DNA of 64,000 nucleotides from Promethearchaeati archaeon (GCA_013166775.1 JABLTJ010000015.1:1-64000); one strand, 5' to 3'; counted from the stretch's first letter, positions 1 through 10,661 are shown. Notes: a model not told the origin generated them from the sequence alone. Numbers and translations are program-made.

Positions 1-1
1 T

Positions 2-523
2 GGAGAGTATGGTCAATTTAGTGAACCAGCAAAGAAATTTACCACTGTTTTAAACCAATTAGAGTTAAGAGTAAATGCACAAAATCTCAATGCCATATCT
101 AATTCATTGTACTATTTATTCTGGTCAATGGAAGACTTGAATAGTATACAGCAAGATATATGGGATGGCTATGAAGCTTTTAATAACACCGACTATCTTA
201 CAGCCCACAGCCACTTCTCTGCTGCGGAAGCATCACTTGACTCAGCTATGCCAAAAATGTGGAATGCCAGTTATTATATTAATCAAACAGAAACTGGTGG
301 AATGATCCAGTTAGAACTTCAATCTACAAGGGCTTCAATAGCAACAATATACTTTGGGCTAGTCCACATACAAGAAGATGTAAACTATATAACAACGATT
401 GCAGATGGTGGTGCTCCGTCTGGTCCTGAGATTACAGAAGTTGGTAACAGAATCACTAACATTTTCGCTACACTTGCAGACGTAAATACACAACTCCTGT
501 CGATAAATGTACAACCGGGATGA
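2..523 (+). CDS. Hypothetical helical protein, C-terminal part (5'-partial)
   Basis: The frame of the 107..523 ORF stays open back to position 2 (GEYGQFSEPAKKF...), so the gene starts before the window. A T-rich tract follows it. Confidence 0.75.
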   Translation, partial: GEYGQFSEPAKKFTTVLNQLELRVNAQNLNAISNSLYYLFWSMEDLNSIQQDIWDGYEAFNNTDYLTAHSHFSAAEASLDSAMPKMWNASYYINQTETGGMIQLELQSTRASIATIYFGLVHIQEDVNYITTIADGGAPSGPEITEVGNRITNIFATLADVNTQLLSINVQPG

Positions 524-532
524 CAAAAATCC

Positions 533-568
533 TCTTTCCCTCTTTTTTCTCTTTATTTTTCATTTTTT
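533..568 (+). terminator. T-rich archaeal-type terminator
   Basis: ctctttccctcttttttctctttattttttcatttttt directly after the stop at 523. Confidence 0.5.
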
Positions 569-662
569 AGACGTTAAAAGAAAAAAAAACTTTATTGCCT
601 AAAGAGAATACCTTTTTTAACAAATCGTTGGTATTCTAGCTAATGCAAATAGGGGTAAAATT

Positions 663-2096
663 ATGACTCCATCGAATGTATTTCTAGGTTATCATCATAA
701 TACTGGCGAGTTCAAAGAAGTAAAAGAACAAGCTAAGTTTCAACAAGTAATGGATTCAGATCCATCGGAAATCGGAAATAAATTAAGCACTCTAGGAATG
801 GATGGTGTTTTGATCTTTAATAGAGATAAAGACGAATGGCATCTTATTTTTGGAACCCATCTAGGACTTGTAGCCCAACGTACAGCAAGAAGAATGGCAG
901 ACAATATAAGCAGGTCTGGCTTTCTACTCTCTTCAGGAGAGAGAACTGGAGTAAACTGCCGGTTAGAACAAGTTTCTGAGGACAATATTGGAGATTTGTC
1001 AAAAACTGTGCAAGAAAAATATATTGAAACAGATTTAGGTGGTTTTCAAGGTGATTCTAGAGCAGATGCTTTTCCCAAAACAGTTCATGCAAGGACAGAA
1101 GTAGCGGAAGAACCAATATCAGTGGAAAAGCCAGAGGAAGAGCAAAAGCTCTTACCCCCAAGAGAATATCCTCCTCCTGGACCTGTGGTTGAATCTACAC
1201 CAGAACCTGATTTTACTGCTCCTGCCGAACCTGAACCTCTTGAACCAAGTACACTTACAATCGAAACTGAACCTTCAGTTGACGAGATAACAAAACCCGA
1301 ACCAAAAATTAGAGCAATTCCAGAAGTACCACCTCAATCTGTTGTCGAAGAGGTAGTAGACGAAGTCGTTGACGAAGTCGTTGAACAAGTGGTTGAAGAA
1401 CCAGTTTCAGAAGAAATCATTAGCGAGATCGTTGAAGAGGTCGTTGAAGAGCAACCAGTAGAAACTATTGAACGAGTTGTCGAAGAGATAGTAGACGAAG
1501 TCGTTGATGAAGTCGTTGACGAAGTTGCCAAAAAAGTTGCGGAAGCAGTTGTACAAGAACTAGGAGACGAATCTCTAAGAGGTACAGTAATGGAAGCTGT
1601 TGAAGAAAAAGTTGGGGAAGCTGTTGAAGAAAAGATAGATGAAGTTGTCAAAGAAGTCGTTGACGAATCCTATGAAGAAATGGAAGAAGAAATAGAAGAG
1701 GGTATCGAAGAAGCTGAAACAGTAGAAAAAATCGTCGAAGAAGTCGTTGACGAAGTCGTTGAAGAGATAAAAGAAGAAGTTACCGAAGCTATTGAAGAGA
1801 TAATCGAAGATGTTATCGAAGACGTAGTCGAGGACGTAATCGAAGATGTTACTGAAGGAATTAGCGAGGATGTAGCAGAAGAAATTGCTGAAACAGTCGT
1901 TGAAGAAGTTGTCGAAGATATTTCGGAAACAATTGAAGAGGTTGTTGAGGAAAAAGTAGAAGAAATTGCTGAAGCTGTCGAAGAAGCTGTTGAAGAAGAA
2001 TCTAAAGATGCTTTTATTGGTATTTCTGAAGCTATAGAGGAAACAATTACCGAAACCGAAGAATCAGAAGAAGAATCCAAAGAAGATTACTTCTAA
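663..2096 (+). CDS. Protein with a divergent gelsolin-like N-terminal domain, Pro-rich linker and long Glu/Val-rich acidic tail
   Basis: N-terminal DGVLIFNRDKDEWHLIFGTHLGLVAQRTARRMADNI resembles the gelsolin beta-beta-long-helix core. PPREYPPPGP linker. About 300 aa of EEVVDEVV-type repeats. Confidence 0.7.
   Translation: MTPSNVFLGYHHNTGEFKEVKEQAKFQQVMDSDPSEIGNKLSTLGMDGVLIFNRDKDEWHLIFGTHLGLVAQRTARRMADNISRSGFLLSSGERTGVNCRLEQVSEDNIGDLSKTVQEKYIETDLGGFQGDSRADAFPKTVHARTEVAEEPISVEKPEEEQKLLPPREYPPPGPVVESTPEPDFTAPAEPEPLEPSTLTIETEPSVDEITKPEPKIRAIPEVPPQSVVEEVVDEVVDEVVEQVVEEPVSEEIISEIVEEVVEEQPVETIERVVEEIVDEVVDEVVDEVAKKVAEAVVQELGDESLRGTVMEAVEEKVGEAVEEKIDEVVKEVVDESYEEMEEEIEEGIEEAETVEKIVEEVVDEVVEEIKEEVTEAIEEIIEDVIEDVVEDVIEDVTEGISEDVAEEIAETVVEEVVEDISETIEEVVEEKVEEIAEAVEEAVEEESKDAFIGISEAIEETITETEESEEESKEDYF
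1356..1765 (+). repeat. In-frame 12-nt repeats (gacgaagtcgtt, encoding DEVV)
   Basis: Tandem and dispersed copies of gacgaagtcgtt/gatgaagtcgtt near 1359-1383, 1494-1525 and 1740-1760. Confidence 0.7.
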
Positions 2097-2165
2097 AATT
2101 TTTTTCTTTTTTATTTTCTTTTTTTAGACAAAAGTAATTTATAGAAATAATATAATTCTGAGATA

Positions 2166-3176
2166 ATGCATGATTCGGTTTTGACTATTTTGGCTGGAGG
2201 GTCTTCAAGAAGATTCCAATTAAGAAATAGTCAATGGCAAGATAAAGCTTTGCTTGAAATAAATCAAATCCCTTTGCTAATTCATTTATTGGAAAAAAGC
2301 AGTTCACATTATCAGGACATCTGCATTTCAGTGAATTCATCAGACAGAAAAAGAAATTATCTAAATATAATAAAATCTCATGTTCCTCTAAAGATACCGA
2401 ATTTTATAATAGATCATCAAAATACACAATTTAAAGGAGTTTTTTTGGGCATTTATTCCGTTTTAAATAATTACTTTGATAAGAACGTACAACTTATCCC
2501 ATCGGATAGGCCCTTTCTTGATTTTCTAGTTCTAAGCAAAATGAAAACTGAAAAATCTGGAATTAGTGTTTTACAATATGAAAATGGAATGATAGAGCCT
2601 TTACTTACTTTGTATGGATCAGACATTTACTTTCCCAAGGAATTTGAAAAATTATCTTTAACCAGAGCTGATGTATTGATTAGACTCTCGCTACATCTGC
2701 AAGTATACAATGCAACTTCAATACTCGAGAAAAACAATCTCCCTTCCTACATTTTCGATAATATAAACGTTCAAGATGATTTTACTAAAACAAGAAAAAC
2801 AACGTACAATATAGGAGAAATACACATTCCTTCTCCTAAAAAAATAAAGAGAAGTAAATATTCTGTTCCTGACTCTTCAACCAATGTGAATGATTTCTTA
2901 GAAAATCTTATAGAAAACGATAATTTCTATTTAGCTTTTCTCTGGAGTCAGTACTTTATTAAGAGATTATCAGAACCAGTTAGGGGCATTAGTAGTATAG
3001 GAAAAGAATGCTTAAGGAAAGAATACAATTACTGGTTGAATAATAATATGCCTTTTCTTGCTTTACACGCTTTGCAAGATTTAGTTCATTTTTTCCCAGA
3101 GGAAGAAAACAAAGCAACTATTCAAGAAATTATTAAATTGAAAACTAAAATAAAAGTAAAATCTAGAAAAATGTGA
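2166..3176 (+). CDS. mobA: Molybdenum cofactor guanylyltransferase-like NTP transferase with C-terminal extension
   Basis: ILAGGSSRRF, DKALL, SDRPFL, EPLLTLY and NIN motifs. Convergent with a Mo/W-bisPGD enzyme gene. Confidence 0.75.
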   Translation: MHDSVLTILAGGSSRRFQLRNSQWQDKALLEINQIPLLIHLLEKSSSHYQDICISVNSSDRKRNYLNIIKSHVPLKIPNFIIDHQNTQFKGVFLGIYSVLNNYFDKNVQLIPSDRPFLDFLVLSKMKTEKSGISVLQYENGMIEPLLTLYGSDIYFPKEFEKLSLTRADVLIRLSLHLQVYNATSILEKNNLPSYIFDNINVQDDFTKTRKTTYNIGEIHIPSPKKIKRSKYSVPDSSTNVNDFLENLIENDNFYLAFLWSQYFIKRLSEPVRGISSIGKECLRKEYNYWLNNNMPFLALHALQDLVHFFPEEENKATIQEIIKLKTKIKVKSRKM

Positions 3177-3199
3177 TTAAACACATTTTTCAGAGAAAC

Positions 3200-5914
3200 T
3201 TATTTTTTAGAAACTTTAATCGCGCATACTTTAAATTCAGGTATTTTAGCATAAGGATCCAAAGCATCATTTGTTAGTATATTTGCTGCCGATTCTTTGA
3301 AATGGAAAGTCATGAAAACAACACCTTCCTGTATCTGGTCGGTGACATTTGCAACAGTTGAGACTTTTCCTCGCCTTGATTCAATGAAAATCTCATCACC
3401 ATCTTTAATCCCTAATTTCTGTGCGTCCTTAACATTGATTTGACTTCTTTCAATTGGTTTTCTCTTGTGAATACCTTCTACCCTGCGTGTCATTTCACCT
3501 GTATGGAAGTGATATAAGCTTCTGCCGGTAGTTAAAATCAATGGATATTTTTTGTCTGGTAGTTCAGCAGGTTCTAGATATTTGATAGTATGAACTTTAC
3601 CTTTTCCACGAGTGAATTTTTCTGTATGAAGGATTTTTGTACCTGGGTGATTTTCATCTGTACAAGGCCATTGTAAACCAATTTTATCTATTCTGTCATA
3701 GGTGATACCAGCATAAATGGGGGAAATTGTTGATATTTCATCCATTATGTCGCTTGGAGTCTCATAAGTTGTATCGTGTCCAAATCTGTGTAACATTTCT
3801 TCAATAATCTTCCAATCTTGCATTCGATTGCCCTTGGGTTCAATTGCTTTTCTTACTCTTTGTACTCTTCTTTCTGTATTTGTAAATGTACCATCTTTTT
3901 CAGCAAACGATACTCCAGGTAAAACAACATCTGCATATTTAGCAGTTTCAGTGAGAAATATATCTTGAACAACTAGAAATTCAACTTTATCAAGAGCTTC
4001 TCTAACATGATTAAGATTAGGGTCACTCATTGCAGGATTTTCTCCCATAATATATATTCCACGAACATCACCCTTGTGGGCAGAATCCATAATTTCAACG
4101 ACAGTTAGGCCTGTTTTACCATCTAGGCTGCAACTCCAGGAGTTTTCAAATTTACTTTGAACATCTGAATCATCAATTCTTTGATATCCTGGATAAACAT
4201 TAGGCAATCCTCCTAAATCACAAGCTCCTTGAACGTTATTCTGTCCTCTAAGTGGATTGACTCCAGCACCAGGTCGTCCTATGTTTCCAGTAATCATAGC
4301 AAGATTTGCAAGAGATAAAACATTATCAGTACCAGTGGTGTGCTGAGTAATTCCCATTGAATAAACAATAGAGGCTGTTTTTGCGTTAGCAAATATTCTT
4401 GCTGCATTCTTCAAATCTTTAACGTTAATATTAGCGATTTTGCACAAAACATTAAGAGCTGTGTTTTCCAGATTCTCTTTAAATTCATCAAATCCCTCAG
4501 TTCTACTTTGTATAAATTTTTCATCATGAAGGTTTTCTTCAAGAATAACTTTCATCATGGCATTAATTAGAGCAACATCTGAGCCTGGTTTGTGCTGTAA
4601 ATAAATTTCTGCATAATCTGCTAATTCTATCTTTCTTGGATCTGCAACTATTAATTTGGTTTTTTCCGTTATAACAGCTTGTTTAATTTTTATTCCAATT
4701 ATAGGGTGAGCTTCGGTCGTATTGCTTCCAATAATGAAAATAACTTCAGCATCATTTGTTAAGTCAGAAATACTGTTAGTCATTGCACCTGATCCAAATG
4801 CGCGGACTAATCCTGTAACTGTGGAAGCATGACACAAACGAGCACAATGGTCAACATTATTTGTCCCTATACCTGCTCTTGCGAATTTCTGCATAAGATA
4901 ATTTTCTTCATTAGTACATTTCGCTGAGGTTAAAACTGCTAAAGAATCAGGACCACTTTCTTCTCGAATCTTTTTTAGTGTACTTTCAATTAAATCAAAC
5001 GCTTCTTTCCAAGATGCTTCAACAAACTCTCCATCTTTTTTGATTAATGGAGTATCTAATCTATCCTGATGATTTACAAAATCCCAACCATAGCGTCCTT
5101 TAACACATAAAGTCATGCCATTAACTACATTATCATGATTTGAATCAACATAAGCTAGGCGATTTGTTCCTACATCTGAATAAAGATCAAAGCTACAACC
5201 TACCCCACAATAAGTGCATATAGTAGTAGTACAATGTAATTCTGCATCAACTTCGATATTCTTTAAGCTATGACTAACAAGGGCATCAGTAGGACAAAAA
5301 GCAACACAATTACCACAAGATACGCATCCTGATTTTTCAAAACTCTCACCATCTACAGTACTTGGATACCCCTCAAATTTTCCTTTTTCTAAGGATATAA
5401 CGTTACAAACTTGCAATTCATGGGTAACTCTCTCACAACGTCCACACTTAATGCAGTTTTCGTATATAAGAGAAAAGAATTCATTTGTTTCAGATAGTTC
5501 TATTGTTTTTTTTTCTCTTTCAATCTCTTCAATTGCAAATTTTTTTGCTAGTTTTGCAACTTCACATCCATCTGTGTTTTTACAAACATAGCAGTCTGGG
5601 GAATGCGATTCCCACATTTTAGTGATTAAAGCAGTTCTTGTCTTTCTTACTCTTTCTGAATTTGTATTAACTATGACATTAGCTTTTACAAGTTCCTTAC
5701 AAGAAGCATTAATTCTAGTTTTTTCTCCATCGTCAACTTCCACAACACAAACTCTACATTTACCAACAGGTTTCAATTCTGGATGATGACATAAAACAGG
5801 TATTTCTATACCATTCTCTTTTGCAACCTCATAGTATGTTTTCTCAGGGCTACATTCTATTTTTTTACCATCCATTGTTATTGTAATTTTCTCTATTTCT
5901 GACATTTTATTCAC
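3200..5914 (-). CDS. fdhF: Formate dehydrogenase alpha subunit (FdhF-type, Cys form) with N-terminal Fe-S domains
   Basis: 2Fe-2S (LCHH...GKCRVC), HxxxCxxC, two 4Fe-4S (CIKCGRC, CVSCGNC), CTYCGVGC, DHCARLCHAST, PLRGQNNVQG and C-terminal PEFKVCA. Confidence 0.95.
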   Translation of the reverse strand: MNKMSEIEKITITMDGKKIECSPEKTYYEVAKENGIEIPVLCHHPELKPVGKCRVCVVEVDDGEKTRINASCKELVKANVIVNTNSERVRKTRTALITKMWESHSPDCYVCKNTDGCEVAKLAKKFAIEEIEREKKTIELSETNEFFSLIYENCIKCGRCERVTHELQVCNVISLEKGKFEGYPSTVDGESFEKSGCVSCGNCVAFCPTDALVSHSLKNIEVDAELHCTTTICTYCGVGCSFDLYSDVGTNRLAYVDSNHDNVVNGMTLCVKGRYGWDFVNHQDRLDTPLIKKDGEFVEASWKEAFDLIESTLKKIREESGPDSLAVLTSAKCTNEENYLMQKFARAGIGTNNVDHCARLCHASTVTGLVRAFGSGAMTNSISDLTNDAEVIFIIGSNTTEAHPIIGIKIKQAVITEKTKLIVADPRKIELADYAEIYLQHKPGSDVALINAMMKVILEENLHDEKFIQSRTEGFDEFKENLENTALNVLCKIANINVKDLKNAARIFANAKTASIVYSMGITQHTTGTDNVLSLANLAMITGNIGRPGAGVNPLRGQNNVQGACDLGGLPNVYPGYQRIDDSDVQSKFENSWSCSLDGKTGLTVVEIMDSAHKGDVRGIYIMGENPAMSDPNLNHVREALDKVEFLVVQDIFLTETAKYADVVLPGVSFAEKDGTFTNTERRVQRVRKAIEPKGNRMQDWKIIEEMLHRFGHDTTYETPSDIMDEISTISPIYAGITYDRIDKIGLQWPCTDENHPGTKILHTEKFTRGKGKVHTIKYLEPAELPDKKYPLILTTGRSLYHFHTGEMTRRVEGIHKRKPIERSQINVKDAQKLGIKDGDEIFIESRRGKVSTVANVTDQIQEGVVFMTFHFKESAANILTNDALDPYAKIPEFKVCAIKVSKK

Positions 5915-6139
5915 TTAATTTTGCAATTGTGTGATAATGGTTGTGATAACTAGGTATGAAATAAAAAAGTCTTTCGATTTGCTTTTCGATAAGATTTGTT
6001 TCTTTAAAGTCATAAAAATAAAAAAAGTTGATGTAGTCTAAGCAAATTATTTATCTAGACAATTATTCTAAACAATTATATATGCATCTAGATTTTATGT
6101 GATTAAGTAGCCTGCATTCAAGCTAAAAAGAGGAAGAAA

Positions 6140-7180
6140 ATGTTAACAACACTTCATCAATTATACTTCAAAAACTCACAAAATATAAAAGAAGTTGAGG
6201 ATGAATCAGTTGATCTTGTTGTTACAAGTGGACCTTACCCTATGATTGAAATGTGGGATCAGCTTTTCTGTGATCAGAATCCTGAAATCGCTGCATCATT
6301 GGAAAAAGGAAAGGGTTTTGAAGCTTTTGAATTAATGCATAAGGAATTAGATTTGGTTTGGAATGAGGTGTGGAGAGTTTTAAAATCAGGGGGAATAGCT
6401 TGCATAAACATAGGGGATGCAACTAGACGAATAAATAATGAATTTAATTTATATCCTTCTCATTCTAGAGTCTTGAACCATTGTATGAAAATAGGTTTTA
6501 GCTGTTTACCTTCAATTATTTGGTCTAAACAAACAAATGCCCCCACTAAGTTTATGGGTTCAGGTATGATGCCACCTGGTGCCTATGTTACTCTAGAACA
6601 TGAACATATCATTGTACTAAGAAAAGGAGGAAAAAGAGTATTCAAAACTGATTCTGAGAAAAAAGTTAGAATTAAAAGTGCTTATTTCTGGGAGGAACGA
6701 AATATTTGGTTTTCAAATGTATGGGAATTGATGGGTAAACACCAATCTTTGAATAATAATAATGTTAGAAAAAGAAGTGCTGCTTTCCCCTTTGAATTAG
6801 CTTACCGTCTCATTAACATGTTTTCAGTAAAAAGTGATGTTGTTTTTGATCCCTTTTTAGGTACAGGAACTACAATTTTAGCTGCAATGGCATCCATGAG
6901 AAATAGTATAGGCATCGAAATAGAAGAGAATTTTAGAGAAATAATTCTCAAAGGAATAGACGAGATAATAGAATTCGCGAATAAATATAATAAAGATAGG
7001 ATTGGAAAGCATAGGAGTTTCATGAAAAAATACAAAGAAAAACAAGGAGTTCCTAAATACATAAACGAATTTTATAACACTCCTGTAAAAACAAAACAAG
7101 AAACTGAAATAGTGATTAATAAACTAAAAAAAATTAATCAGATAGAAGATAATCTTTTCCAAATCACTTACAATGCTTAA
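6140..7180 (+). CDS. Orphan beta-class N4-C/N6-A DNA methyltransferase
   Basis: Motif IV as DLVVTSGPY, then AAFPFELAYRLI and motif I DPFLGTGTT. Confidence 0.9.
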   Translation: MLTTLHQLYFKNSQNIKEVEDESVDLVVTSGPYPMIEMWDQLFCDQNPEIAASLEKGKGFEAFELMHKELDLVWNEVWRVLKSGGIACINIGDATRRINNEFNLYPSHSRVLNHCMKIGFSCLPSIIWSKQTNAPTKFMGSGMMPPGAYVTLEHEHIIVLRKGGKRVFKTDSEKKVRIKSAYFWEERNIWFSNVWELMGKHQSLNNNNVRKRSAAFPFELAYRLINMFSVKSDVVFDPFLGTGTTILAAMASMRNSIGIEIEENFREIILKGIDEIIEFANKYNKDRIGKHRSFMKKYKEKQGVPKYINEFYNTPVKTKQETEIVINKLKKINQIEDNLFQITYNA

Positions 7181-7258
7181 CAATATAAGATGTTTTCTTG
7201 TTCGCATCCTCTAAATTTATAAAAATACTCCTAGTTGTAATCTTAGTATTAAGCAGAT

Positions 7259-8122
7259 TTGAATGATGTGTCAATTAAAACTAAAGTTGCTGTTATAGTA
7301 CCAAAAAAGGATCTTGCAGCAACAACAATATGGAAAATGTTAGAAGACATGTCATATTTTAGAGAATCTGGGAACACATTTGACAACAATATAGTTTTTG
7401 AGTTTGAGAATGCACCAAATGATATCAAACTAATTCATTCAAATAAAGATGGAGTTGAGAGCAATCATTTAGATAATTATGTTGATGCTGAGCTTTACAT
7501 TTTTGCAAGTAGGCATCGTGCTGCTTCAGGTACTCCAGCATTATTAATTCACCCAACAGGCAACTGGTCGAAAATCACATTAGGAGGAAGAGAAAAACAG
7601 CTTGCACATACATCAGGTTGGGTTTTGAAAGAAGGATTAACCTTTTTACAAGAAAAAAAAGATGAATACAATTTAGAAGACTTCAAAGTGGATCTGGAGG
7701 TAACTCACCACGGTCCAACAGAATTGAAAACACCACTAATTTTCATGGAATTAGGCAGCAGTGAACAGTTTTGGAAGAATGAAGCAGCAGCTTCTGCTGT
7801 GGGAGAAGCTATAATAAAAACAGCAAAAGCATTTACAAAAGAATCATCTTTCTCAGGAGAATACTTCGTAGGTTTGGGTGGAAATCATTATGCATATAGA
7901 TTTCATAAATATGTTAAGGAAACTGAACATGCATTCATGAGCCATATGGCTGCAAAGCATACTCTTGATGATTTAACAAAGGAAATGCTTTTACAAGCTT
8001 TTGAAAAAACTATTGAAGATCCTAAAGCTGCATTAATAGATAAAAAGGGTGCAAGATCTGAGCAGAGAAAACATGCTATTAGTTTATTAGAAAGTATAGA
8101 TAAAGAATATGTTCTAGTATAA
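7259..8122 (+). CDS. dtdA: Archaeal D-aminoacyl-tRNA deacylase
   Basis: FASRH, HPTGNW, EVTHHGPT, FMELGSSE and GLGGNHY motifs. Confidence 0.92.
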   Translation: MNDVSIKTKVAVIVPKKDLAATTIWKMLEDMSYFRESGNTFDNNIVFEFENAPNDIKLIHSNKDGVESNHLDNYVDAELYIFASRHRAASGTPALLIHPTGNWSKITLGGREKQLAHTSGWVLKEGLTFLQEKKDEYNLEDFKVDLEVTHHGPTELKTPLIFMELGSSEQFWKNEAAASAVGEAIIKTAKAFTKESSFSGEYFVGLGGNHYAYRFHKYVKETEHAFMSHMAAKHTLDDLTKEMLLQAFEKTIEDPKAALIDKKGARSEQRKHAISLLESIDKEYVLV

Positions 8123-8306
8123 TCGAATAAATAGAATTTAGAAAAATCTCAGAACTCCTGAAAATACTCGTCGACTTCTATTAACTACTTCTTCATTTCT
8201 TCTGATATTTCTTGATCAAATTTAGGTTCAATAACATCATGAAAATCAAAAGTAAATAATAATTATTGTGGTTTTTATACCATGGTTTAGTTGATTTTGT
8301 GATAGT

Positions 8307-9185
8307 ATGAGTAAGACTATTACAAATAAGAGTAAAGGTTTACTCAAAAACATAACAATAGTGATTACAGGAGCATCGTCTGGGATAGGTAAATCTCTTT
8401 CTTTAGCACTAGCTCCTCTTAAACCTAATCTAGTCATAGTGGCAAGACGAGAAAATAAACTACAACAAACAGCGTATCACCTAAAAAAACAGAAAATTAA
8501 ACACATTTCGATTGTTGGCGATGTACGAAACAGAGAAGATAGAGAAAGTATGATCAAAAAGACTTTGAATACTTTTGGTAGGATAGATGTATTAGTTAAT
8601 AATGCTGGACTAGGAAAAGTGAATTTATTTCTAGAACAACCAGAACAAGAAATAGATGAGCTAATTGAAACCAACGTTTTATCATTAATAAAATTAACAC
8701 ACAGCGTTTTACCAATAATGAAAGAACAAGAAGAAGGACATATCATAAATCTTTCATCAACATTAGCTCTTTTACCCGCATATCCTTTCGCTGTTTATTG
8801 TGCAACAAAATCTGCAGTAAAGACATTTAGTGATTGCATTAGAGAAGAAGTTAAAGAGTATGGTATTAAGGTTTCAACAGTTTTACCGGGACCATATAAC
8901 ACTGAATTTAATCAAGTAGCCAATATTGGAAAATCAGATTTCAGGGGTTATAATGTAGAAAAACTAGTTAAGAAGATTGTTAAATTGATTATGAAACCTA
9001 AAGATAATTTAATACAACCATGGCATTTTGTCCCAGTTGCGTGGTTGGCTAAGATTTCTGAAAGATTCAAGAACAAAGTAACATTTTCGATTGCTGAGTC
9101 AATATTAAAAGCTAAAAAAGAGACTTCTTTGGAACTTGAAAATAAAGTGGAGAAAAAAGAAGAAATAAAATTTTTAACTCATTAA
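8307..9185 (+). CDS. SDR family oxidoreductase
   Basis: TGASSGIG, NNAG and YCATK. Confidence 0.92.
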   Translation: MSKTITNKSKGLLKNITIVITGASSGIGKSLSLALAPLKPNLVIVARRENKLQQTAYHLKKQKIKHISIVGDVRNREDRESMIKKTLNTFGRIDVLVNNAGLGKVNLFLEQPEQEIDELIETNVLSLIKLTHSVLPIMKEQEEGHIINLSSTLALLPAYPFAVYCATKSAVKTFSDCIREEVKEYGIKVSTVLPGPYNTEFNQVANIGKSDFRGYNVEKLVKKIVKLIMKPKDNLIQPWHFVPVAWLAKISERFKNKVTFSIAESILKAKKETSLELENKVEKKEEIKFLTH

Positions 9186-10100
9186 ACATTTTAGAACGGC
9201 CATAACTGTATGAAGTCTGTTTTCAGCTTCATCAAAAACAACACTGTGTTCGCTCTCAAAAACTTCCTCAGTAGCTTCTTTATGTTTATACGGTAAGCAA
9301 TGCATGAATATGTAATCTGATTTTGCATTTGAACAAAGCTCTTCAGTAACTACATAGTTCTTGAATGCCTCTAGTTTTTCTTTCTCTTTGTCTTCTTCAC
9401 CCATAGATACAAATGTATCAGTTACAACTATATCAGCATCAGTTACTGCTGCGGGAGAATCATTAGTTATGACAATCTTTGCACCAGTGTCTTCAGCATA
9501 ATCCTTAGCTAACGCTACAATATCATTGGGCGGTTCATACCCTTTTGGTGTAGCTACAGACATATGCAAACCCATCTTTGCACAACCGATCAGCAATGAA
9601 TTACAAACGTTGTTTCCATCACCAACCCATGCTAGCTTTAATCCTGCTAATTTTCCTTTGTGTTCTTCGATTGTTAACAAATCAGCAAGGATTTGAAGAG
9701 GGTGATATTTGTCAGATAATGCATTGATTATTGGAATTGTAGAGTACTTTGCTAATTCCTCTACATCTTCATGTGCAAAAACTCTTGCTAATACTCCGTC
9801 AACCATTCTAGACAGAACACGGGATGTATCTTTGACAGTTTCACCAGCACCAAGCTGGATATCAGAAGCACCTAAGAAGAGTGCATGACCACCAAGAAAA
9901 TACATAGCAACCTCTGTGGAAACTCTAGTACGTGTTGAAGGTTTTTGAAAAATCATTCCAAGTGTTAAACCTGCAAGTGGTTTATCTCGCTTGTAAGCTT
10001 TAAAATTAGCTTTCAATCGTTTTGACTCCTCAAGAAGATGACGTATTTCTTCTGCTGTATAATCATTTAAGGAAAGAAGAGATCTACCTTTTAGATTCAT
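9174..10100 (-). CDS. argF: Ornithine carbamoyltransferase
   Basis: STRTR, HPLQ, GDGNN, SMG, HCLP and EAENR. Confidence 0.95.
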   Translation of the reverse strand: MNLKGRSLLSLNDYTAEEIRHLLEESKRLKANFKAYKRDKPLAGLTLGMIFQKPSTRTRVSTEVAMYFLGGHALFLGASDIQLGAGETVKDTSRVLSRMVDGVLARVFAHEDVEELAKYSTIPIINALSDKYHPLQILADLLTIEEHKGKLAGLKLAWVGDGNNVCNSLLIGCAKMGLHMSVATPKGYEPPNDIVALAKDYAEDTGAKIVITNDSPAAVTDADIVVTDTFVSMGEEDKEKEKLEAFKNYVVTEELCSNAKSDYIFMHCLPYKHKEATEEVFESEHSVVFDEAENRLHTVMAVLKCLMS

Positions 10101-10222
10101 TTATCTCACAATTCGAAAAATCGAAAAGAGATTTAAAAAATGTTCGATATGAATTTGAGCTGTTTAATATTAATAGTTTTGAGAAAAACCAAGTTTTAAA
10201 AGCAAGGCAGTAGAATAGAATT

Positions 10223-10618
10223 TTGATAATAATGGTAAATTACAAACGACTTGGATTATCAACATTAACTGGTGCAATACTGGGAGTCGTCTGCATTCTT
10301 GGTGCAGTCCAAAGAATTCCTGGGAATTTCAATGATAATCTTGCATATTTAATGGGTATTTGGACTATGAGAGTCATACTGGGTATAGTTATCGGTTTAG
10401 CTGGGGGTGTAGTAATCTTCAAAGGAGAACAATGGCAACCTTGGGTTAATGCAGTGATTCGAGGTATACTATTTGGTCTAATCTTTTCAGTAGCTATCTT
10501 ATTGATAGATCCTTTCAAGGATTATTCAACATTTGCAGCGGGAATAGCATACGGACCAGTAACAGATTTAATTACAACGTTCTTTATTTTCCTTATTCAA
10601 AAGAAGAACCATAATTGA
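10223..10618 (+). CDS. Hypothetical membrane protein (about 4 TM)
   Basis: Four hydrophobic segments. ATG at 10232 is the likely start. Confidence 0.75.
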   Translation: MIIMVNYKRLGLSTLTGAILGVVCILGAVQRIPGNFNDNLAYLMGIWTMRVILGIVIGLAGGVVIFKGEQWQPWVNAVIRGILFGLIFSVAILLIDPFKDYSTFAAGIAYGPVTDLITTFFIFLIQKKNHN

Positions 10619-10661
10619 ATTTACTTTAGAGAATAACTCGCATTCATGTTAGAGGTGCTAG

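Noticed and set aside
1334-2080. Ser/Thr-rich minus-strand ORFs (1334..1651 and 1670..2080)
   Set aside because: They are antisense shadows of the Glu/Val repeat codons in the 663..2096 gene.
4820-4860. Possible selenocysteine in formate dehydrogenase
   Set aside because: The active-site codon is TGT (Cys) and the ORF is uninterrupted, so no recoding is needed.
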